From: Albugo candida
Taxonomy: Eukaryota
Direction: 5' to 3'
Assembly (NCBI GenBank): GCA_040437565.1
Contig: JBDOQK010000078.1
Span: 1-64,000, forward strand
DNA: 64,000 nucleotides
A model generated the notes under the pieces. The model was not told where the DNA came from and made no database searches. It was given only the letters and a program-made list of their open reading frames with translations. Below, piece after piece: positions 55,914 to 64,000 of this stretch. Each line of letters opens with the position of its first letter. Position 1 is the stretch's first letter. The translations under genes and the position numbers were made by a program.

Positions 55914-57593
55914 ATGTCATCCAACAAGCAAACATCGAAACAACTCGAAGCGTGCAGTCCATCCTCCCCTTCCACCCAGCACCCTTTCCATTTTCTCCAT
56001 TTGTCGCGTGAGGAGGCCTCCTTGCCTCCACCACGACCTCCACGCACATGCGCTTCCTACGAGAAGCTCCCATTGCCCGACGACTATTTCGCTACGGTGC
56101 AATTGACGATGGAGCATGAGCAAGTGTATAAGAATGAAATTGGTAAAACGCTTGAGCGTTTATTCAAAGTCGAACGTGAATTTCTAAAACGAGGCTCCAG
56201 AAACCCCAAAGAATGGAAACACATAAGTCGAAAATGCGATTTTGATTATTATCACAAAATCACAAAACATCGCGCAACTCCGACACCGCCAGTGATTGTA
56301 TCGATCGGAACGATTCCAGGCACTGTTGAAGATCTTCTTTTCGGCGACTACACGCCAGATCAGCAGGCGTACGCGCGACGAACTGCCTACGTGGATGCTG
56401 CTTCGATTCGGGAGGCACGTTTAGTGTCGACTTTATCTTCCGCGCAGGGAACGCCATACACAAACAGAAGCTTTTCGTATATGTCGCTGAAATGGTGTCT
56501 GACTCGAATTCCACTTCCCGGTGCGGATCTCTTCATCAAACCACGAGATTTTCTCTACTACGAATCACTTGGACTCACATGCTCTCCAACGAGTAGTAAC
56601 GATACCGTCGGGTATTTGATCATGAAACCCTGCGCGCTCGCTAATGTGCGGCCCTTCTTATCGGCGGTGTCGGGTCGATTTGCATGCGTTGTGTTGTATC
56701 GACAAATCGCACCCAATTGTGTGCAAGTGTTCACGCACGCAATTGTCGATTTAGCAGGCGAAATGGTATCGAGTTCCCTTGCAGTGAATTTAGGAATCAC
56801 AATGTGCAGTCGATCCTTTGAGGTGATCCGATATGTGGAAAGCATGAAATTGGCCGAATTGAATCGGATTGCGAATCGAAATGTGGACGAGAAGGAGCTC
56901 GGGCGCACGGACCACTGCCTGAATTGCCGTCGGGACGTTCGAACGTTTATGAGTCGACTTTCAACGTCGATACGTAAATGCTCCATTTGTGGAAGTTCTA
57001 TCTGCTCGAGATGTCGTATCAAAAAGCGTATGGCCGGCGAAAACCTCAAACGAAAGCTGTGGTGCTGTCAGCGTTGCATTCTTACCACTCGAACGAATAT
57101 ATTTCGATCATCGGAAATGGTGTCTGACGGTGAGACTTCGAATGACGCGCATTCTTCGAGCGATAATGACGACGTTGCGGATGCGAATTCGTTGGAGATT
57201 TTTGAGATTTGCGATACAGACGCACTCCATTCACTCGATCAAACGAGTGAGCAATCGGATCTTTGTGTCGATTTGGCAAATGTATCGATCGACGCGGAGG
57301 ATACCTCGCAATTGATTTGTGACAAGTATCCGAATGTGTCGATGTCCACAACGATTTCAGAGGCACAAATCGATTTGGAGAGTCAAACGACCACATCTCT
57401 CGCGAGCGGTAGCATCGATGACGTCACGTGCGTTGATTCTGGGAATTGGAGAAATTCGACGAATTTATCGCCGAGCACACACAGCCTCAGTGCGTATCAA
57501 ATCAATATGTATCAGCAAATGATCGCATTGAGGAAGGCGGCAGAGACGGCGTATGAGCTCACACAAGCGAATCGTAAAGCGATGAAATCGTAA
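55914..57593 (+). CDS. START-like + FYVE-like zinc finger protein, paralogue 3
   Basis: LPLPDDYF, WKHISR, IGTIPGTVEDLL, YMSLKW, PRDFLYYESLG, GYLIM; CLNC..CSIC..ICSRC..CQRC; QMIALRKAAETAYELTQAN. First ATG at 55914. Confidence 0.85.
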   Translation: MSSNKQTSKQLEACSPSSPSTQHPFHFLHLSREEASLPPPRPPRTCASYEKLPLPDDYFATVQLTMEHEQVYKNEIGKTLERLFKVEREFLKRGSRNPKEWKHISRKCDFDYYHKITKHRATPTPPVIVSIGTIPGTVEDLLFGDYTPDQQAYARRTAYVDAASIREARLVSTLSSAQGTPYTNRSFSYMSLKWCLTRIPLPGADLFIKPRDFLYYESLGLTCSPTSSNDTVGYLIMKPCALANVRPFLSAVSGRFACVVLYRQIAPNCVQVFTHAIVDLAGEMVSSSLAVNLGITMCSRSFEVIRYVESMKLAELNRIANRNVDEKELGRTDHCLNCRRDVRTFMSRLSTSIRKCSICGSSICSRCRIKKRMAGENLKRKLWCCQRCILTTRTNIFRSSEMVSDGETSNDAHSSSDNDDVADANSLEIFEICDTDALHSLDQTSEQSDLCVDLANVSIDAEDTSQLICDKYPNVSMSTTISEAQIDLESQTTTSLASGSIDDVTCVDSGNWRNSTNLSPSTHSLSAYQINMYQQMIALRKAAETAYELTQANRKAMKS

Positions 57594-58169
57594 GATGTGG
57601 AACCAAATGCGATTTCCATAATTCTTAACACATATCAATGCAAATGAAGCAATCCGTTCCCATTTTCAAACGTGTTTTCGCTTTGTTTTTGGCTCTTTCA
57701 CTGCGAAAACGTCCATTTTCAATGTGTTTTTATTCCATCGCTTGCGGTCGANNNNNNNNNNNNNNNNNNNNNNNNNNNNNNNNNNNNNNNNNNNNNNNNN
57801 NNNNNNNNNNNNNNNNNNNNNNNNNNNNNNNNNNNNNNNNNNNNNNNNNNNGTATCAAATCAATATGTATCAGCAAATGATCGCATTGAGGAAGGCGGCA
57901 GAGACGGCGTATGAGCTCACACAAGCGAATCGTAAAGCGATGAAATCGTAAGATGTGGAACCAAATGCGATTTCCATAATTCTTAACACATATCAATGCA
58001 AATGAAGCAATCCGTTCCCATTTTCAAACGTGTTTTCGCTTTGTTTTTGGCTCTTTCACTGCGAAAACGTCCATTTTCAATGTGTTTTTATTCCATCGCT
58101 TGCGGTCGATTTGCAGAGATTTAAAAGCGATTGAAATGCTCTATTGCGAATGGAAGAATAAAAGTGACG

Positions 58170-60299
58170 TCAGTCGGTGTGATGCGTTTCCTGAGATTGT
58201 ATTCGATCCGTATACAGCTCATACGTTGCTTGTGCGAGCTCTTTCTTTTCAATTTCGAGGCTTTTTTCGAGCATTTCCAATTGCTTAAATTTCAATTCGA
58301 ATTGTTCGATTTGACTTTTGTACATTTCAAAAAGCAAATGATCGATCGTTTCATCTCTTTCGGCTGCCAATCCTTCGGCTCGCGCTGCGAGCATAGCGAT
58401 ATTCGTAGCTTTGGATGCTTCTTGTGCCACGGAATTCATTGATTTATCGAATGGTTCACTTTCGTGTTTTCCGTCGGAAAGATGCAATGGATCTCGTTGG
58501 TAGGAAGCGATTCCACTTGCTTCCGAGGCCAATTGGACGGCTACTACTGCTTCCTGAAAAGAGCTTTCTCGTAGTGTGTCGGTACCGCTTTCTTCTATTT
58601 TCACATTACTCGTTGAGACCTCGGAATCCTTGGAGTTGTGCAAGTCGTAAATGGCTTGAATAGCTGCCTGAGAAGCTCGTTTGGTGATGAATGGATCGGC
58701 TTGGTTCACCCATTCCGTCAAGCAGCGTATAGGCTCGCTGAGCTCGTCACTCGTCGACTCTTGCGTGAAGGGCTGCGGAGTGTCAGANNNNNNNNNNNNN
58801 NNNNNNNNNNNNNNNNNNNNNNNNNNNNNNNNNNNNNNNNNNNNNNNNNNNNNNNNNNNNNNNNNNNNNNNNNNNNNNNNNNNNNNNTTTTGTACATTTC
58901 AAAAAGCAAATGATCGATCGTTTCATCTCTTTCGGCTGCCAATCCTTCGGCTCGCGCTGCGAGCATAGCGATATTCGTAGCTTTGGATGCTTCTTGTGCC
59001 ACGGAATTCATTGATTTATCGAATGGCTCACTTTCGTCTTTTCCGTCGGAAAGATGCAATGGATCTCGTTGATAGGAAGCGATTCCACTTGCTTCCGAGG
59101 CCAATTGGACGGCTACGACTGCTTCCTGGAAAGAACTTTCTCGTAGTGTGTCGGTACCGCTTTCTTCTATTTTCATATTACGCGTTGAGAGCTCGGAATC
59201 CTTGAAGTTGTGCAAGTCGTAAATTGCTTGAATAGCTGCCTGAGAAGCTCGTTTGGTGATGAATGGATCGGCTTGGTTCACCCATTCCGTCAGGCAGCGT
59301 ATAGGCTCGCTGAGCTCGTCACTCGTCGACTCTTGCGTGAAGGGCTGCGGAGTGTCAGAAGCCGACGTCAATCGGTTGAGTAGTGGCAACTGTAAGAAAT
59401 GAAGCATGCACTCATCGGGAGATTTTGTCTCTACGGAAAGAGCTACTGCGTTCCAGTCACATTCTTCCATATTGCTTACTGTATTCACTGCTTCCAAGAG
59501 TTTTTCCTGCTCTTCCAGCGTCCATTCCGATACCTTTCGAACGCGGATAAAGTCGCTGGTGTCCAATCCATCTGGAAATTGTCGAGTTGAAAGACATTCT
59601 TGACATATTCCGCTTCCGGGTTTGCCACAAAACAGTCCGTTTACAACGTCTGACGGGTACCCCACGCGATTCTCTTGCACTTTGACTGCCTCCGTGCCAG
59701 CGGTATTGCTGGTGTCGCCTCCTTTGGTCAATGAGAAGAGTTTTGTCTTTGCGTCTGTGGACAATTGATACGCAATACTTCCACTGGCACACATTTCACA
59801 GACGGCAGAGGTCGAAAATGTGTTGTCTACCGTTCGCGTTCGTGCTGCTGGAGTCTCTTTTACGTGATAACTCATCTGATACAGCGGTGTCTGATGTGGC
59901 GGGACACTGAAATTGATGAGACCCCAATGCGTCAGAAATTCATGCACACGTAAAATGGCGCAAACATCTCCCGCCAAATTACGACGACACGCCGTCGCTG
60001 TTAAGTAAGTTTGTGGTTCCTGGCGGTACGCGTGGATCATATAATTGCGGTATTTCATGTACAATTGCGGTGTTTTCGAGCTGGCTCGGGATTGTATGGC
60101 AGAGGAGACGTAAGAAGACTCGGACGATAATTGGAAGAATTCAGGCAACATGCGCTGTTCTATTGGGTTTATAGTGTCCATGGAGAACCAGGAAGCACAT
60201 TGTGGTATTGGAAAGGTCTCACGGACGTCTGTGGGTTCTTTAAACTCATTCTTTAGAGCAAGCTCTTTCACTGAGATCGAATGCATGGAGACAATCAAC
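58170..60299 (-). CDS. SWI3: SWI/SNF subunit SWI3/SMARCC-like (SWIRM + SANT + coiled coil); 5' end may lie in the gap
   Basis: IPQCASWFSMDTINPIEQRMLPEFF..KTPQLYMKYRNYMI..YLTATACRRNLAGDVCAILRVHEFLTHWGLINF (SWIRM); WTLEEQEKLLEAV..DWNAVA..TKSPDECMLHFLQLP (SANT); AARAEGLAAE..FELKFKQLEMLEKSLEIEKKEL. Confidence 0.93.
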
Positions 60300-60494
60300 N
60301 NNNNNNNNNNNNNNNNNNNNNNNNNNNNNNNNNNNNNNNNNNNNNNNNNNNNNNNNNNNNNNNNNNNNNNNNNNNNNNNNNNNNNNNNNNNNNNNNNNNT
60401 ACGTTGTGATAGTTCATACTGTATGATTGTGTGATACGAAAAGCCGGTGTAGAATTAATAAATGGAATGTCTCAACATATTATATTATATTGTA

Positions 60495-61530
60495 TTATGT
60501 CGACTTCATTTCATTCACCAGCCTTTTTACTTCCATCGATGGCAAACGGGAGATCTGCTTTTTCCTAAAGAATATGAATTCGATAGAATTATCGGCTCCG
60601 GCATTTTCAGATAACTTGATAGCGGTGACATAGGTCTTGGCAAATCGAGCGCCGATGATCCACTCATCTTGCTCATTCGGGTTCTCTTTGATTCCCATGC
60701 GACATTCGTTGTCGTACGCGATAATGTAGTCTGTGGGGTAAAATTCGTACTTGAAAACGTTATCGATTGTGATCATTATCGATGGCAATGCTTTGAAATT
60801 GACATCTACACACGGAAGCACTCGGTTATGATCAGCATGGAAGAAATCCATCTCATTCTTCTTCAGTTTCTCTTGGAACTCGGAGAAAAATTCTTTTGGA
60901 ATCAGAGTATCCAAATTCCCGTAATCGAAAGCCACCATCTGCTCTTTTTCTTTTCCAAACATTCCAATGCTGGCTTTCAGCGGACGGAGCATTTGATGTG
61001 CGTTGTCTTTGATGATAGCTGAAGCTTTGTGGTAGGAGACCTCAAACCTTGCTAGAGCTTCTATAGGAAGAAAATATAACCTTGCCGCGTCATGCTCAAA
61101 TTCAAAACTGAAGATCTTGTTCTTTTCAGTTTCCAATTGTGGGGTGAGGAATTCAACCGCAAAACGTTCTTTGCTTGAATTGACATCTTCCTTACTCTTA
61201 TGGCCGCAAGGTAACAAGGTCAAGAATGTAGCATTATCTATTTTCGACAAAGAGACCGATATCGTATTGGCTTGGACGTGAAGAGGAGTCTCCATGCAAA
61301 TATTTGGAAGTAGCGATATCGTGTGAGGACTGATACGATGATTCATCGGCGGAGGAAGACGGGTTATGTTGGAGAGCATTCCAAAATGATGATCGAATAG
61401 CTCCTTTCAAAGCCCATGCTGTAGCTGTAGCCCTCGACTACACATTTAGAAACAACGTGGGCGTAAGGACACCAGGAAGCTGTACTTTTTAGAAAAGTGG
61501 AAAAACGAAAGTACACATAAATCGAGTCAA
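60495..61530 (-). pseudogene. Pepsin-like (A1) homologue, copy 4: open C-lobe frame, disrupted N-lobe
   Basis: ORF 60495-61379 contains VAFDYGNLDTLIP..VLPCVD..LPSIMITIDNVFKYEFYPTDYII..ECRMGI..EWIIGARFAKTYVTAI. Upstream, in another frame, is VQLPGVLTPTLFLNV*SRATATAWAL (N-lobe motif position, stop at 61440-61438). Start not fixed; it may extend to ATG 61878. Confidence 0.75.
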
Positions 61531-61883
61531 ACGTGTGGCGAGGGTGAGGGTGTGTTTAAGATCCTTCAAAGATGTACATTGGAGCTTTCTATGCTTTCGT
61601 TCACTTGCGTTACTGTACGTAATGTTTGAAAAACATACTTTCGAATGTTTGGGTACGACGTATTCACACATTTTCTTCCCGCAAGTGCAGCTGTGGTTTA
61701 TCTGGGGCACAAGTATCGTTTATGAGCTGAAGAGAGGTTGTTTGGATGCATCGTTCTTCCCGAAACGACTGGTGGCTGTACAGGCTGTGAATTGAAGTCT
61801 TTTCGAAAGCGCGAGAGCAGCTAGGAGATACACGACGCAGTTGGATACCGCCCTGTTCTCAACAAAGAAGAAAAGCATGTCAT

Positions 61884-63100
61884 TCAGTTGAGTCTTGACG
61901 TAACTACCGGCGGCCGTCTTGAGCTCTGAGACGGCGAGTCTGTGGATTTCGGTTCAAAATTTGCACCGGAAATCTCATCGACTTTTTTATCGTCTCGCTG
62001 GTANNNNNNNNNNNNNNNNNNNNNNNNNNNNNNNNNNNNNNNNNNNNNNNNNNNNNNNNNNNNNNNNNNNNNNNNNNNNNNNNNNNNNNNNNNNNNNNNN
62101 NNNGGCCGTCTTGAGCTCTGAGACGGCGAGTCTGTGGATTTCGGTTCAAAATTTGCACCGGAAATCTCATCGACTTTTTTATCGTCTCGCTGGTACCTAA
62201 AGGATAGGTAGAGATGAAGCACTCTTCAAAGAAGGCGAATTGTGAATGTTGCGTAAAGTATGGAGAAGCGAGGAGCCTTGGGTTCTGGTACGCGCTTATA
62301 GCTCTCTCGGGGTCGAGAATATCTCTCTGCATCGAAAACAGCACGTGACTTTAGTGATTCTAAAGTGGAGCCTATTGTTCTTTGCGCTGTCGATCGCCTC
62401 ACTACAGTCGTGCATAGAGCTACCAGCTCAGCGTAATCAGACTTGCCCAATTATGAGTGAAGAAACAATGTCAAATGACGGAGAGTAAGTCGGTGTGCTC
62501 CTTGGTAGCCGATTGCTGGCTATATCCACCTCACAGAATTGCGCATAGCGTGAGAAGAAGTCTTCAAGTCGTTAATGATTGTTGAGTGGTACTTTAAAGC
62601 AGCTCTTTGATGTTGTGGTCGAGAATATCCTCTCCTGCGTGGAGAAGCGAAAATTGATCTTCTCAAGCCTAAAAACGAATGGAGGATTCTTCCTCAGCTT
62701 TAGAGGCACACTCAGCCAGGTTACCGCAAGGCTCTGAGACTGTGTGGGTCCCCACCGTATTGCTCAGATACCATCAACGGATCCTTCACGTCCCCCACGC
62801 AGTTGTCATATGTGGATCTCGCATCTTTGAATAGAAAGCGAACGGGTGAGCGCTTACGCCATCGCCTGATAGTAAGCCCTGATACCATTACAATATGTCG
62901 CGTTTGAGGCTGCCGCGCTTTGACTCGACCATTGAGACGGCTTCGCTGACAAAAGTCGCTTTTGGGAGAATTCATTGAGTGTTACCGTTCGCTTGACAAT
63001 AAGTCTCACACATATGGCTTGCCCCATGCAGTTGTTGTATTTTTTCCATTCACTAGCGCACGGTAATGATGAAGAAAGCTGCAGCATTAATGCCTTATAT
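61884..63100 (-). pseudogene. Possible decayed secreted-protein gene
   Basis: Collinear minus-strand ORF pieces; hydrophobic GINAAAFFIITV (~63090) followed by CETYCQANG at 63010-62984; short degenerate internal repeats near 62310 and 62617 (GTCGAGAATATC). Confidence 0.25.
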
Positions 63101-64000
63101 ATGCCTACACATTGATTGGATGTTATTCGGTGCGAAATGTTTTGATTGAACAAAAATGGATTCTAGAACACCGATCCCAAATGATCGGAAGCACACGAGA
63201 AAACATTCTACGGCACGTGAAGACGCAAGGAAATAAGTGTGATCTAAACGTTGCTAGCAACGAAGGAGCAACATGCCCGCGCTTGCGAAAGATGGAAAAA
63301 TGGACACCTCATCTGCCCATTTAGCACTGAAATCAGTCAAATCAAGCTCAACCACGCCGACCGGAACAGCCACTCGTAGTAGCGTAACGGAGATCAGTAG
63401 TATCTCGCGATTTGGATGGGAAATTGAGGAATCGAGTTGTCAGTAACATTTGAATACCGCTGTTGGCTCACATTGCCTCGTAAGGAGAAAGTGATGATTT
63501 ATATCACAAGCGTGATGGCGTCGGAGAGTTACCTTCCGATAACATCCAGTGGGATCTACGAAACCTTCTTTCGACCTGAGAGTATGTGAAGCTTAACAAG
63601 CTATGAACAAAATCCTTATACGTATTTGTAGATTCCAGATCTTCACGACGCTAATTACCGGTATCATCACCAGTCGGTGTACTGACGTACTCTGATTCCT
63701 GGTTACAGACTGGTTGTTTCGAACTTGGATAAATCAATTGTGCCTTTGGAATGCAAATACCGCCTATAGAAGAATCGCATTACGACTATTTTAAAGAAAG
63801 AAGATAAGAACACAATCTGGGCAAGTTTGACATCAAAGAACCCATCATCGTCAAATAAGCCAACTTCTAGCGATCCTGCAACCGAAAGAATGGACCTGAT
63901 GAAGCTAGATTTTACCACGCTCGTTTATGATAAATGCTTCTCATACTGGAACATGTATGAGAAGGTGATGATGAGATGAAGAAAACTATCGCCAAAGCCT

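Larger units (their letters stand above)
293..62183. other. 17 fixed-length 100-N scaffold gaps, 14 with duplicated flanks
   Basis: Gaps start at 360, 7741, 18664, 23072, 23686, 25350, 32089, 33040, 39691, 41457, 42867, 46966, 52725, 57752, 58788, 60300 and 62004. All except 23686, 32089 and 60300 repeat the preceding ~20-1000 nt after the gap. Confidence 0.95.

Noticed and set aside
57493-58110. Second copy of the QMIALRKAAETAY tail as a separate mini-gene
   Set aside because: Identical overlap across the gap at 57752-57851.
37012-59953. Many antisense or alternate-frame ORFs overlapping the conserved genes
   Set aside because: They are shadows of real coding sequence with no independent motifs.
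63703-63918. 71-aa minus-strand ORF at the window edge
   Set aside because: No recognisable family, and the context is cut off by the window end.

Overview
Eukaryotic draft-assembly scaffold, most likely an oomycete of the Albugo (white rust) type. This is inferred from a CHxC/CCG-type secreted protein, START-FYVE and FYVE-GAF architectures, short GT-AG introns and tight gene packing. The window has two compartments. (1) About 1-36 kb is gene-sparse and repeat-rich. It holds a Tc1 (DD34E) element, two Ty3/Gypsy elements, two Ty1/Copia elements and a MULE, two of them demonstrably nested. Between them lie decayed secreted-protein genes: one near-intact CHxC/CCG candidate, several CCG-like relics and three pepsin-like relics. 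(2) About 36-60 kb is a gene-dense block: BIG/Sec7 ARF-GEF, group XII-like PLA2, TAF10, START-FYVE-GAF, three START-FYVE paralogues, MECR and SWI3/SMARCC. A fourth pepsin-like relic follows it. The most notable pattern is four divergent pepsin-fold (A1) paralogues, none showing a canonical D[TS]G[ST] catalytic motif. There are 17 100-N gaps; 14 are flanked by duplicated sequence (unmerged contig or haplotype overlaps), which artificially splits several genes. All family calls are by-eye motif recognition; no database search was run.
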